DNA of 63,651 nucleotides, counting the filler, from Deltaproteobacteria bacterium (GTDB lineage: Bacteria; JAUYMQ01), in assembly GCA_030698575.1 (NCBI GenBank). It is 13 parts of 13 records of this genome, joined end to end, with 100 filler letters (N's around TTAATTAATTAA, not from the genome) between each part and the next. Parts side by side here need not be neighbours in the genome. Positions count along the whole stretch, not along the records: positions 1 to 5,909 come from JAUYMQ010000029.1; positions 6,010 to 9,675 come from JAUYMQ010000038.1; positions 9,776 to 14,636 come from JAUYMQ010000039.1; 10 more parts are not named here. One strand, given 5' to 3'. The notes under the pieces were generated by a model that saw nothing but the letters and a program-made list of their open reading frames with translations, was not told the DNA's origin and made no database searches. The position numbers were made by a program, and so were the translations under genes. Shown here in pieces: positions 1-12,700 of the stretch (positions are counted from its first letter, which is position 1; every line of letters begins with the position of its first letter).

Positions 1-2
1 AG

Positions 3-506
3 GGACAAGAGCTGGAGGACTTCAAGGCGGAGGCCGAGGCGCTCTCGGGCGGCGCGGGGCGGCGGAGCGGGCTGCGCGACGGATTGTGTGTCGTGGCGGG
101 CATCGCCGCGCTGGCGGGAGGGGCCCCGATGCTCGTGCACGGCGCCGTGATCATCGCCGGGTTGGCCGGCATCAGCGAGCGGGTGATCGGCCTCACGATC
201 ATCGCCGCCGGCACGAGCCTGCCCGAGGTGGCCACGTCGGTCGTGGCGTCGTTCCGCAAGCAGAACGAAATAGCGCTCGCCAACGTGATAGGCTCGAACA
301 TCTTCAACGTGCTTGGCGTGATCGGCGCGGTCGCGATCATCCGGCCCGTTCCGGTGGCGCCGGGCATACTCAGCAACGACATGTGGTGGATGCTCGGCTT
401 CTCGCTGCTGCTCTTCCCGATCATGTACACGGGGCTGCGCGTGGCGCGCGCCGAGGGGCTTCTTCTGCTCGGCGGCTACGTGTTATATCTGTGGCTGCTG
501 ATCTGA
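3..506 (+). CDS. Ca2+/Na+ antiporter (CaCA/YrbG family), 5'-truncated
   Basis: Frame open from window start; alpha-repeat motifs GTSLPE and GSNIFN; hydrophobic TM segments. Confidence 0.9.
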   Translation, partial: GQELEDFKAEAEALSGGAGRRSGLRDGLCVVAGIAALAGGAPMLVHGAVIIAGLAGISERVIGLTIIAAGTSLPEVATSVVASFRKQNEIALANVIGSNIFNVLGVIGAVAIIRPVPVAPGILSNDMWWMLGFSLLLFPIMYTGLRVARAEGLLLLGGYVLYLWLLI

Positions 507-540
507 TGGGCGAAATCCCGGCCATCCCGGAGACCTGAAA

Positions 541-1332
541 GTGCCGAGCACGCACGTCAACGGAATCGACATCGCCTACGACATCGATGGAACGGGCGAC
601 CCGCTCCTCATGATCATGGGGATCACGGGATCGAAGTACCACTGGCTGGGCTTCGAGAAAAAATTCCGGCTGGACTACATGACCGTCAGGTTCGACAACC
701 GCGGCGTGGGTGAGACGTCGGCGCCGCCGCCGCCCTACCCCATGAAGCAGATGGCCGGGGACGTGGCCGGGCTTCTCGACGCGCTTGCGATCGAGCGGGC
801 GCATGTCTTCGGTGTCAGCATGGGCGGCATGATCGCGCAGGAGTTCGCGATCGGGTGGCCAAACCGCGTGCGCTCGCTGGTGCTCGGCTGCACGCACTTC
901 GGCGGACTGAAGCAGATCCATCCGCCGCTGGAGGTTCAGGAGCGCGCCTTCATCGTCGCCGGAAAGGGAGCGGACCGCGCCATGCGGGACATCCTGAGCG
1001 TCAACCTGACGCCCAGGTTCATGGAGAAGCGCCCCGACGTGGTTGAGCACCTGATGAAGTACGGGCTCGAGCATCGCATGAAGCGAGAGGGTTTCGCCGG
1101 CCAGCTCTACGCCGTCAGCGACCACGACACGGCCGACCGGCTCGGCGCGATCAAGGTCCCGGTGATGGTCATCGCGGGCGACGAAGATGAACTCATCCCG
1201 CCGCTGAATTCGGTCGAGATCGCCGGCCTCATCCCGCAGGCCCAGCTCACGATGTTGCCGGGCATCGGCCATATGTTCTGGATCGAAGCCCCAGACGACG
1301 CCGCCCACCACATCCGCCGGTTCCTTAAATAA
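541..1332 (+). CDS. Alpha/beta fold hydrolase
   Basis: FDNRGVG, nucleophile elbow GVSMGG, C-terminal D and GH catalytic motifs. Confidence 0.9.
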   Translation: MPSTHVNGIDIAYDIDGTGDPLLMIMGITGSKYHWLGFEKKFRLDYMTVRFDNRGVGETSAPPPPYPMKQMAGDVAGLLDALAIERAHVFGVSMGGMIAQEFAIGWPNRVRSLVLGCTHFGGLKQIHPPLEVQERAFIVAGKGADRAMRDILSVNLTPRFMEKRPDVVEHLMKYGLEHRMKREGFAGQLYAVSDHDTADRLGAIKVPVMVIAGDEDELIPPLNSVEIAGLIPQAQLTMLPGIGHMFWIEAPDDAAHHIRRFLK

Positions 1333-1356
1333 AGGGGTCAGACCCCTTTATTTAAG
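1324..1356. repeat. Perfect 16-bp inverted repeat (possible terminator or REP-like palindrome)
   Basis: CTTAAATAAAGGGGTC-A-GACCCCTTTATTTAAG overlapping the hydrolase stop codon. Confidence 0.7.
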
Positions 1357-1487
1357 TAGCCGGAACAATCCCCCAAGAGGTTCCGCTGGAGGCCCGAAAA
1401 TCCGCGGCCATTGTGGTATTCTTTCTTGCCCGTGGTCACGTCGAGCTGCCACGACCCCTTCGAAACCCGAAACTTGCCGGAGAATGC

Positions 1488-3469
<1,982 letters not shown>

Positions 3470-3473
<4 letters not shown>

Positions 3474-4384
3474 AGACCCGCGGCCTCTCAGAGCGCGTCC
3501 GTTTCGGTCCCGTCGAGGTGCTTCCGGGCCCCGACGGCGGGCGCTACCCCTACTCCCACACCCTCTACGTGCACGGGCCCGAGCCGGCGGTCATCGACCC
3601 CGGCATGACCTTCGACCCGGCGCGGTACGACTTCGACCCGGAGAGCGTCGCCTGGGTGCTCAACTCCCACTGCCACGAGGATCACGAGGGGGGCAACCAT
3701 CTCTTTCCGAACGCGAAGGTCATCGCGCCCGCCGAGGACGCGCCCTTCATTCGCTCGCTCGACGCCTACGCCGCCGCCAACGGCATGGCGGGCCGGGCGG
3801 AGGAAGAGGCCTGGCGAAAGATGATGACCGACGTCTGGGGCTTCCGGGAAAGTCCGGTGCACCGGGAGGTGGTCGATAACGAGGTGGTGGAAGTTGGCGG
3901 CCTGAGGATGCGCTTCGTCTATCTGCCGGGGCACACGCCGGGGCACGCGGGCGTCTACTTCGAGGGCGAGGACGTGTTTTTCATCGCCGACGTGGATCTC
4001 ACGAGTTTCGGCCCCTTCTACGGCGATCACTTTTCATCGATCGATCAGTTTCTCGAATCGATCCGCCGCGTACGCGACATGAAGCCGCGCACGCTCGTCA
4101 CCTCGCACGGCAAAGGGTTGTTCAAGGGCGATGAGATGCGCAGTGCGCTCGATCGCTTCGAGCAGAAGATTCTCCAGCGCGACGAGGCCATTCTCAGGAT
4201 GCTCGCCGACCGCCCGCACACCCTCGACGAGATCGTCGACGCGCACCTGGTCTACAGGCGTTACCCCGAACCGGCATTCATGTACCGGGAGATCGAGCGG
4301 GTAATGATCGAGAAGCACCTGAAACGGCTGGAGAGGCTGGGATGCACTTGCGCGGACGGCGCCCTGTGGAAGGCCGCCGGTTGA
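3470..4384 (+). CDS. Metallo-beta-lactamase-fold hydrolase
   Basis: SHCHEDH, PGHTPGH and TSHG metal-binding motifs; GTGA overlap with acs stop. Confidence 0.9.
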
Positions 4385-4415
4385 GGATCGGACGCGGCGC
4401 CTCAGCCGGTGAGGA

Positions 4416-5159
4416 TCATGCGCTGAAGCCCGCGAGCGTGATCTGCCGCCCCTCGGTCTTTCCATCGCGCCGGTAGGAGAAGAATTCCTTCTCGGAACAG
4501 AACGTGCAGCCGCCGACGGTTTCCAGATGGCCGGCCCGGAGCCCCGCGTCGGTGAGCTGGCGCGCAACCAGCCCTCGGAGATCCACCCTCCCCTTCTCGC
4601 CCTTCCGATCCACGTAAGCGTCGAACGTTTCTCCCATCTTCTTCTCGAAGGCCGCGATCACCTCCGGCCCCACCTCGAAGCAGCAGCGCCCGATGGCGGG
4701 GCCGAAGGCCACCCGCACATCGGCCGGATCGCAGCCATAGTGATCGCGCAGGTGGGCCACGGCCTTGCCGGCGATGCCGGCGAGCGCGCCGCGCCATCCG
4801 GCGTGCACCGCCGCGCACACCCGGCGGACGGGATCCACCACCAGCGCCGGCACGCAATCGGCCGTCTGCACCGCCAGGAAAACCCCCGGCGTGCCGCTGG
4901 CCATCGCATCAGCCTCGCCCGCCGTCTTCACCCGCGTTTCCGCAACATCGAGGATCGCGTCGCCGTGCACCTGCTTCATGGTCGTGATGGTGCAACCGTC
5001 GAGCCCGAGCGTGGTCTTCACGTGGCAGAGGGGATCGCGGTGGCCGTGGCTGCAGAGAGGCGGGCCGTCGGCAGGCTGTTCGATGCGGCCCAGGAATGCG
5101 TGGACCAGGCCGGGAATGTCCTTCAGGCCGGGCGCCGTGAGGCAGGGAAAGTCGCTCAT
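4416..5159 (-). CDS. pgeF: PgeF/YfiH family peptidoglycan-editing factor (purine nucleoside phosphorylase)
   Basis: QVHG, TADCVP, HAGWRG, GPAIG..CFEVG and FFSYRR motifs; ATG 5159 overlaps upstream stop. Confidence 0.9.
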   Translation of the reverse strand: MSDFPCLTAPGLKDIPGLVHAFLGRIEQPADGPPLCSHGHRDPLCHVKTTLGLDGCTITTMKQVHGDAILDVAETRVKTAGEADAMASGTPGVFLAVQTADCVPALVVDPVRRVCAAVHAGWRGALAGIAGKAVAHLRDHYGCDPADVRVAFGPAIGRCCFEVGPEVIAAFEKKMGETFDAYVDRKGEKGRVDLRGLVARQLTDAGLRAGHLETVGGCTFCSEKEFFSYRRDGKTEGRQITLAGFSA

Positions 5160-5908
5160 GGGTGCGGCCCCCTGAGGTTCGTCTCTCCGGTTGTATCGAG
5201 CGCCGTCTCGGTGAACCACTTGAGCAGCCGGCCGAGGGATGCGAACTGCCTTACGCCCGAGGGCGAGGCCCCGGCCCGGGGCAGCGGCGCCGTCTCCCAG
5301 CCCGGAACGAACCGGGGGCGCACCACCAGCACGGGCGTCATCCCCGCGGCGCGCGCGCCCTCGACGTCACGCCTGGGATTGTCGCCGACATAGATAGCCT
5401 CCCCGGGCTGCAGGTCGTGCCGCTGCATCACGCGCCGGAAGATCTCCGGATTGGGCTTCATCACCCCTTCTTCGGTGGCGAGCGTGACGCTCTGGAAATG
5501 GTCCGCGATGCCGAGGTCTCGCAGCAGCGGGCGAAGCCGTGAGTCGAAGTTCGAGATGATGCCCATCCGGTAGCCCTGCGCCGCGAGGTGATCGAGGAGC
5601 TGCTTCGCCTCCGGGTCCAGCTCCCAACCCTGCCCGGTCTGAAAGAGATCCCACAGCTCGTTGAAACAGTCCTGAAAACGCGGGAAGGCGCCTGCCGGGA
5701 GCATCACTTCCGCCACCAGCGTGCGCCACCAGACGCGCTCGAGCCGCTGGAGCACCTCGCCGGTGGCGCCCGGAAAGCTCAGCGGCGGGGCCGACGCGAA
5801 TGCCTTGCGAAAGCGCATCTCGATGGCCTGGCTCGGCATCTGCGCGCCGTGCCGCGCCATCGATGCCGCGTAGATCTCACCCAGGCTGCCGCGGATGTGA
5901 AAGAGCGT
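5156..5908 (-). CDS. HAD-IA family hydrolase, 5'-truncated
   Basis: SNFD, KPNPEIF, YVGD..RDV.GARAAG motifs; frame open to contig end (TLFHIRG). Confidence 0.88.
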   Translation of the reverse strand, partial: TLFHIRGSLGEIYAASMARHGAQMPSQAIEMRFRKAFASAPPLSFPGATGEVLQRLERVWWRTLVAEVMLPAGAFPRFQDCFNELWDLFQTGQGWELDPEAKQLLDHLAAQGYRMGIISNFDSRLRPLLRDLGIADHFQSVTLATEEGVMKPNPEIFRRVMQRHDLQPGEAIYVGDNPRRDVEGARAAGMTPVLVVRPRFVPGWETAPLPRAGASPSGVRQFASLGRLLKWFTETALDTTGETNLRGPHP

Positions 5909-6009
5909 GNNNNNNNNNNNNNNNNNNNNNNNNNNNNNNNNNNNNNNNNNNNNTTAATTAATTAANNNNNNNNNNNNNNNNNNNNNNNNNNNNNNNNNNN
6001 NNNNNNNNN

Positions 6010-7201
6010 AGCGCAACGGCGAGTCGAAGGCCGGCTGATCGATGAGATCGGCCTGCACGTAGGGCAGGCGTTGCAGGATGACATCGTCCCGGTCCTGGTC
6101 GTCGGGGCTCTGCAGATCGTTCGCGTAGATCGCGCCCGCCGTGATCGTGCCCCGGTCGAAGGGGCGCTCGAGCTGGCCCCGTGACTCGAGAAAGCGGCTC
6201 GAGTCGCGCCCGATATCCTCGAAATCGACCACGTAGCCGTTGTCGCTCACCTGGTTCAGGTCGACCTTCCCGCGGATCCCCAGGGGAAACTTCTGTCGCG
6301 CGTCCCACCGGATCGCCCAGCGATCGCTGTCGAAGTTGTCCTCCTCGCTCACATCCTGGTCGTTCAGGTACCACGCATTCATCTGCCCGTAGGTCTCAGG
6401 GTCGAACACATAGCGGTACTCGGCGCCCTGCTTGTAGCCGCGCTTGCCAAGGACCTCCTGGTAGAAGGTCGCGTCGGTGTTCTCGCTGATGGCCCAGTAG
6501 TAGGGCAGATTGAACTGGAAGCCGTTCCGGCTCGACTGTCCGATGAGCGGGAAAAGGAGACCGGACTGCCGCGTGGTCTTCACCGGGAAGACGCCGTAGG
6601 GAATGATGGCGACGGTACGGTCCTTCACCTTGAACTTCGCGTCCTTCACCTTGGCGTAGCCGTCGACCGTGACGTCGATCCTCTCGCCCTCGATCTTCCA
6701 GCTCGGCACTTCGCCCGGGCCGCAGTCGCAGGTCGTGAAGGTCCCCTCCTTCAGCTGGTACTCCTTGTCCGAGAGCCGGCGGATCTCGCTTCCCGTGACC
6801 TTGAAATGCGTCTTGTCGTCCTCGAAGCGCCCGCGGTAGACGATGCCGGCGAGGGTGTCGATGTTGAATTCCATGAAGTCGGCGTGGACCGTCTCGGTAT
6901 CGTCGCGAAGCACGACGTTGCCGCTGGCGACGCCGATGCGAGACTCGGAATCCAGCATCACCCAGTCAGAGGTGAGCGTCCGGCCGGACTGGCTGATCCG
7001 GACGCGGCCCTCGGCGGTGTAAATCCCGTCCGCGCTCTCGTAGTCGATCTCGTCCGCCACAATGTTGACGGGGAGCTTGGTCCCCTTGACGTTCAGATCC
7101 CCCAGATCCTGCGCGCGGGCGCCGGGCGCCGCGATCAGAACGAGGGCAAGGACGAGAAGGAGGCCCACCGGGGCGCACCCCTGTGCTCGGCGCAAGCGCA
7201 T
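6010..7201 (-). CDS. lptD: LPS-assembly protein LptD, 3'-truncated
   Basis: Signal peptide, OstA-like N-domain (IVADEIDY..TAEGRVRI), FTTCDC, PSW, RQSGLLFP, PYYWAI; ATG 7201 preceded by GAAGGA. Confidence 0.9.
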
Positions 7202-7428
7202 CGGTCCTTCCGGGAAGGGGTTAGGTTGATCCCTGCGCGCCGGTGCCCCCCGGCACCGCTTGACGCGCTCATGGGATCGGGGAGGGGGGAAACCCGAACA
7301 CCTCCTGCATATCAGACAAGGCCGCGTCAGGCAAGACTTTTGCCCTGCCGCCGGGGCGGCAGCACCGGCAGCGAAGCTGCAATGGCCCGGAGCGGGCGGA
7401 AAATCCGGGCCGTCGCCCGGCCGGGGGT

Positions 7429-8952
7429 TCAGAGGGTGTCGAGAATCCGGTGCGCCGTACGATCGGCGAGCATGGCGGTCGTGATCTGGGGCGGGGCGCC
7501 GAGGGAGGTTGGAAAGACGCTCATGTCGGCCACGTAGAGGCCCCGAACGTCGTGACATTCCCCCCAGGCGTTCACGACCGAGGACGCGGGATCGCCGCCC
7601 ATGCGGCAGGTCGACTGGGGGTGGACGGAGGTCAGCACGATCTCGCCCTGCGCCGCGCCCCGCCGCGCGATGACCGCGGGGTCGTCCCCCCGCTCGAGAA
7701 TTAGAGGCTCGGGCCAGTAGGGCACGAGCACCCGCCGCGCGCCCGCCGCAAAGAGCACTTCTGCGCAGTGGACGAGCCCCTCGGCGATCTGCCGCGCGTC
7801 GCGGTCCTCCAGGTTGTAGGTAATGCGGGGCTTCGACAGGGAGCCTCCGGACTCGACGCGTCCGGAGGACTGATCGTGCAACAGCACGAGGAGGCCGGCC
7901 GTGCGCGCGTAGTCGCGCATGAGCGCGTGATGCGCCTCGCCGAAGCCGGGCAGCGTCGCCGCCGTCAGGATGGGGAAGGCGGTGATGGGCATGAGCATGT
8001 AGCCGGCGCGCGGATCCCGCTCCAGATCTATGAACTGGTCGATGTAGTAGCTCTGGGGAATTCCCCGGTAGGAATCGATCACATCCTCGAAGAAGCCGGT
8101 GGCAATCGCGGCCGGGTGAAGGTGAAGGTTCCGCCCCACCTGGTTCGATCCATTCGCCAGGCCGCTCCGGAGGAGGACGTCGGGCGAGCCGATTGACCCG
8201 GCCGCGAGGACGATGACCGGCGCGGTGATCTCGAGGGCGCCATGCGCCGCGCCGCCTGGGCCCACGATGTGCCCCAGCACGCGGCGCGCGCGGCCGCCCT
8301 CGGCCTCGATGCGCTCCGCTCTGGCATTTGCGTAGATGCGCGCCCCCGCCCTGTCCGCCCGGGGCACGTAGGTCACCAGCATCGACTGCTTCGCGTCGTA
8401 GCTGCACCCCAGGATGCAGTAGCCGGCTTTGAGGCACCCTTCGCGGTTGTGTTTCGTGACAAACCCGCTGTAGCCGAGCTTCTCCGCGCCCGCCCGGATG
8501 ATCTGGTTCATCCGGTTCACCTCGTCCTCGCGGATCTGCTTCACCTTGAGCCCCGCTTCGACCCGCGCGAACGACGGCTCGACCGCCCCGGGCATCAGCT
8601 CCGGCAGCCCGTGCTCCTCGCGCCACAGGCGAAGGATCGGTTCGGGCGTGCGGAAGGCGTAGCAGAGGTTGTGAACGGTGGAGCCGCCGACGTTCCTCCC
8701 CTGCAGGATGTTGATCCCGCCGTCGACGGTCATCCGCATGCCCCCCTCCTCGAACAACCGTGGGAGCATCTCCTCCTCGCGCTGCGTGAAATCCTTCGCG
8801 GTCCAGTGGTGCCCCTGTTCGAGAAGCACGACCGAGCGCCCTGCCTCTGCAAGAAGCGCCGCGACCACCGCGCCCCCGGCGCCAGAGCCGATGACGCACA
8901 CGTCGGCGCGCTCGACGAGATCCCCGCCGCCGGGGAGCAGCGGCACGATCAC
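7429..8952 (-). CDS. GMC family oxidoreductase
   Basis: GSGAGG FAD motif, GGSTVHN, VGRNLHLHP, HPQSTCRMG, ADMSVFPT. Confidence 0.92.
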   Translation of the reverse strand: MIVPLLPGGGDLVERADVCVIGSGAGGAVVAALLAEAGRSVVLLEQGHHWTAKDFTQREEEMLPRLFEEGGMRMTVDGGINILQGRNVGGSTVHNLCYAFRTPEPILRLWREEHGLPELMPGAVEPSFARVEAGLKVKQIREDEVNRMNQIIRAGAEKLGYSGFVTKHNREGCLKAGYCILGCSYDAKQSMLVTYVPRADRAGARIYANARAERIEAEGGRARRVLGHIVGPGGAAHGALEITAPVIVLAAGSIGSPDVLLRSGLANGSNQVGRNLHLHPAAIATGFFEDVIDSYRGIPQSYYIDQFIDLERDPRAGYMLMPITAFPILTAATLPGFGEAHHALMRDYARTAGLLVLLHDQSSGRVESGGSLSKPRITYNLEDRDARQIAEGLVHCAEVLFAAGARRVLVPYWPEPLILERGDDPAVIARRGAAQGEIVLTSVHPQSTCRMGGDPASSVVNAWGECHDVRGLYVADMSVFPTSLGAPPQITTAMLADRTAHRILDTL

Positions 8953-9488
8953 AAGCCACCTCCCCCCGCAATGAGCGGCCCCTTGTAGCCAATCGCTTTC
9001 CAGGCTGCGGGCTGGGCGTAATGGCCGATGAAGGAGAGATTCCGCAGCGCGAGGAAAGCGAGCCGCCGCAAAGCGAGGCGGCTTGTCATCCAGCAGCGGA
9101 TCGAGGCGTCCTTCTGCGCATCCGTCATGCGGGTGAAGCGCGTGAAGGTGAAATCAAAGGCCATCGGCCCCCATTCGAAAAGGTGAAGGGCCAGCGGGAG
9201 ATCGGCCACAACGGCCTGATCCAGGCGGCCGAGCAGGGAATCGATCGTCGTGACGGCATTCTCCGGGTCCGTGGGCGGGGCGGGGCCGCCCGCGTGAACC
9301 ATGCGACCCACGATATGCGCGAGAATGTCGCGCTCCCGTTCCGAAAGCACGCCGTCGCCTGGAACCGCCCCGGCGAGCGCCGCGGCGGCCGGCGCCGCGG
9401 GGAGGCGCGCCAATGCGGCGAGGGAAGCCGCGAGGCCCGCACGGTGGAGGAAGGCCCGGCGGGTGAGACCCGGGCGATCGCCGGACAT
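8949..9488 (-). CDS. Tat-signal partner protein (gluconate 2-dehydrogenase subunit 3-like)
   Basis: LTRRAFL twin-arginine motif; RFTRM and W.AIGY.GP C-terminal signature; coupled to GMC gene. Start uncertain. Confidence 0.7.
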   Translation of the reverse strand: MSGDRPGLTRRAFLHRAGLAASLAALARLPAAPAAAALAGAVPGDGVLSERERDILAHIVGRMVHAGGPAPPTDPENAVTTIDSLLGRLDQAVVADLPLALHLFEWGPMAFDFTFTRFTRMTDAQKDASIRCWMTSRLALRRLAFLALRNLSFIGHYAQPAAWKAIGYKGPLIAGGGGL

Positions 9489-9575
9489 CGTTCGTTCGAA
9501 CATGAAATCCTTGAACATGGGTTGCCTGCAAGATCGGCGTGTCAAAGCCGGTTACCTGGTCAATTCAGCGTCACC

Positions 9576-9671
9576 TGTCATTGCGAGGAGCGAAGCGAGG
9601 AAGCAATCCCCCTGCGGCGGGATTCGCCGGGAGATTGCTTCGTCGGGCCTGTGGCCCTCCTCGCAATGACA
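9576..9671. repeat. REP-like nested palindromic element
   Basis: Terminal IR TGTCATTGCGAGGAG...CTCCTCGCAATGACA with internal IR GAAGCAATC...GATTGCTTC; partial copies at 19679-19699 and 33496-33528. Confidence 0.85.
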
Positions 9672-9775
9672 TGCGNNNNNNNNNNNNNNNNNNNNNNNNN
9701 NNNNNNNNNNNNNNNNNNNTTAATTAATTAANNNNNNNNNNNNNNNNNNNNNNNNNNNNNNNNNNNNNNNNNNNN

Positions 9776-12700
9776 AGCCCGTGTACCAGGTCCAGCCCCC
9801 CTGGCCAACGTGGCCTTCAAGCGAGTAGACATCGGACGCCACGACGTAGGGCTCGACCCTGTAGCGCTCGACAGCCTCAGGTGTTCGCGCGTGCTCGACC
9901 GGACTGAGCATCCGAAGGATCTCGACCGCCTTGTCGCCATCCCCCCGGCGAGCAAACGCCATCGCTACCCAGAGCGCAGCGTGGGTAAACTGCCCGCCGT
10001 TCTCGCGGACGCCCGGCGGATAACCTTTGACGTAGCCCGGATCAACCGGCGACTTCTCGAAGGGAGGTGTGAAGAGCAGGACCAGCCCCTCGGCCGAAAG
10101 CACGAGGCGCTCTTCTACCGCTCGCAGCGACTTCTCGACGCGCGACGGGTCCGCAGCGCCGGAGATGGAGGCCCACGACTGCGGCAACGAGTCAATCCGC
10201 GCCTCGGTGTTTTCCCGCGAGCCGAGCGGCGTCCCATCGTCGAAGTAGGCTCGCCGGTACCAGTCGCCATCCCAAGCGTGCGCCTCCACAGCGGCCGTCA
10301 GGCGCTCGGACTGCGCCCGATGCTTCAGCGCCTCCTCGGTCTGCCCTCGGCCCTCCAACAGCTCGGCGAAGCTGCCCAGAACGTCTACGAGGAACCAGGC
10401 CAGCCAGACACTCTCGCCCCGGCCTTCTACGCCAACCCGGTTCAGCCCGTCGTTCCAGTCGCCCCCGCCGATGAGGGGCAAGCCGTGTGGACCGGAAGTG
10501 GCGCCCCGGGCGATTGCTTGCCGGCAGTGGTCGAGGAGAGAATGCGTATCCAGTGAGACTGCCGGCACGAAGTAGGCTTCACGCTCGCCGTCTGCCAGCG
10601 CGGGCCCCTCGAGAAAGGGCATCGTCTCATCGAGGATTCCCGCGTCGCCGGTTACCCGAACATACTGCGCCGTGGCGTAGGGCAGCCAGAGCATGTCGTC
10701 CGAGATTCGCGTCCGCACGCCGGCGCCCGACTGAGGGTGCCACCAAAGCTGGACGTCGCCTTCAACAAACTGGCGGGAAGCTGCGGCGATGATCTGCTGC
10801 CGGGTGACCTCCGGGGCAGCGTAGACCAGGGCGAGGCAGTCCTGAAGCTGGTCGCGAAAGCCGACAGCGCCGCCCGACTGATAAAAGGCCGAGCGGGCCC
10901 AGACGCGGCATGAGAGGGCCTGGTAGAGAAGCCAGCGGTTCAGTAAGAAGTTGGTGGCCAGGTCCGGCGTCTCCACCTGGACCGCCTCCAGCAGGTGGTC
11001 CCACCAGGACCGGACCTCCTGCAACGCCTGCTCGACCCGGACCGGGTCCCTGAAGCGTTCGACCAACCGCAGCGCCTCGGCCATGTCCGGGGCCTCCCCG
11101 AGAAGGAAGGTGATTTCCTCCTCCTGCCCGGGGTCGATCTCAACTGTCACCTGGAGCGCTGCGCAAGGATCCAGCCCCGCGCCGGCCTCACCGGACAGCG
11201 TTTGGCGCAGCAGAGCGGCAGGTCGGGTGAAGGAGCCATTGCGACCGAGGAACTCGGTCCGGTCGGCAGTGAAGCACTGTGGCAGCGGGCTCGCGCTGGC
11301 GAACGCTACGCGGCTCCCGAAGTCCGCATGGTAAGCGTTGCGGGCCAGCAGCGTCCGGCTTGCAGCGTCCCAGGTCGTAACCACGTGCATCTGGGTTTCC
11401 TCACGGTTGGTACCGAGGACCCAATCAGAGTAGGCGAAGACGCTGAGCCGGCGGCGGCGCGACGAGCGGTTGCGAAGCCGAAGGCGCTGGACCCGGACCG
11501 GTGCGCCTCCGGCCTCGTCTAGAGGCACAAATGTCACCAATTCCTGCTCCACGGCGTGGCTGTTATGCTCGAACACAGTATATCCCTGGCCGTGCCGCGC
11601 CCGGTAGGCGTCCTCCTCCCGGATGGGCGCGGAGGTCGGTGTCCAGAACACCCCCAGGTGCTCGTCGCGAATGTAGATAGCATCACCGGGCGGGTCGCTC
11701 ACCGGGTCGTTGGACCAGGGGGTGAGGCGGTTACCCTGGGAGTTCGAGGCCCAGGTGAAGCCTGACCCGGACTCCGAGATCAGGGCGCCGAAACCCGGGT
11801 TGGCGAGCACGTTCACCCAGGGCGCGGGAGTGCGCGTCCCGGGCCCAAGGTAGATCGCGTACTCCCGGCCGTCGGGGGTGAAGCCACCCACGCCGTTGAA
11901 GTACGGCAGCTCCAGGAACGGCAACGGCGCTGAGGATTCCTCGTTGGCGCGCCGGCCGACTGCGAGGGGAGGCGGCAGCTCCCGCACTTCCGTCGGCATC
12001 CCGAGCTGCTGAACGAGAGGCCCTCGTGCGGCTATCAGCGCCACCCGGGCCACGGCGAAGAGAAGCGCCAGGTCGTTTTCCGCCAGCGGTTCGGCCGGGC
12101 GCAAGAAGATGCCACCGGGCTGGTCGAGCGGAGTGAATGGGGCGTAACGCTGGATGACTTGCCGAAGATCCCACTGGAGCCGCTGCTCGTAGCCTCCGGC
12201 CTCCTCGTTGAGGATGACGAGGTCCGCTCGGAACCCAAGGAGCCTCCAGTAGGAGTGAGCAAGGAGCGCCTCCCCCACGACCTCGATGTCGCGCCGGTCG
12301 CCGATCGGGACGAGGAGGATCGGGAGATCGCCCGAGATGCCGTGACCCCAGAGCCCGGACTGGCCCAGCCGGTTCCGGCGGAGTTGAGGCTCGGAGGCTC
12401 GCATCCGGGCGCTGGGATAGAGAAGGTGACCGGCGAGCTGCTGGAAGCGCCGGAGGTCGTCGGCTGTTAGCAGGGGCTGACGAGCGAGCAACTGTCCCTG
12501 GTTGACAGCGGCTTCGACGGCAGCGCGGGCGGCCGGGAGGCTCTGGTACTTATCGACGAGAGCCATGACCTCCCCGCGACTCCCGGCAGCTGCAGTCACG
12601 AACGCCAGCCCCACGCGTTCTCCCGGGTCAAGCGTTAGCTCGCAGCGCAAGCTGAATATCGGGTCGAGAACCGGCCCGACGTTGCCCTTGAGGCCGGCGT

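Noticed and set aside
5954-8992. 1012-aa ORF suggesting a giant LptD fusion
   Set aside because: The first ~597 codons are an off-frame shadow of the GMC gene; LptD starts at ATG 7201 with its own RBS and signal peptide.
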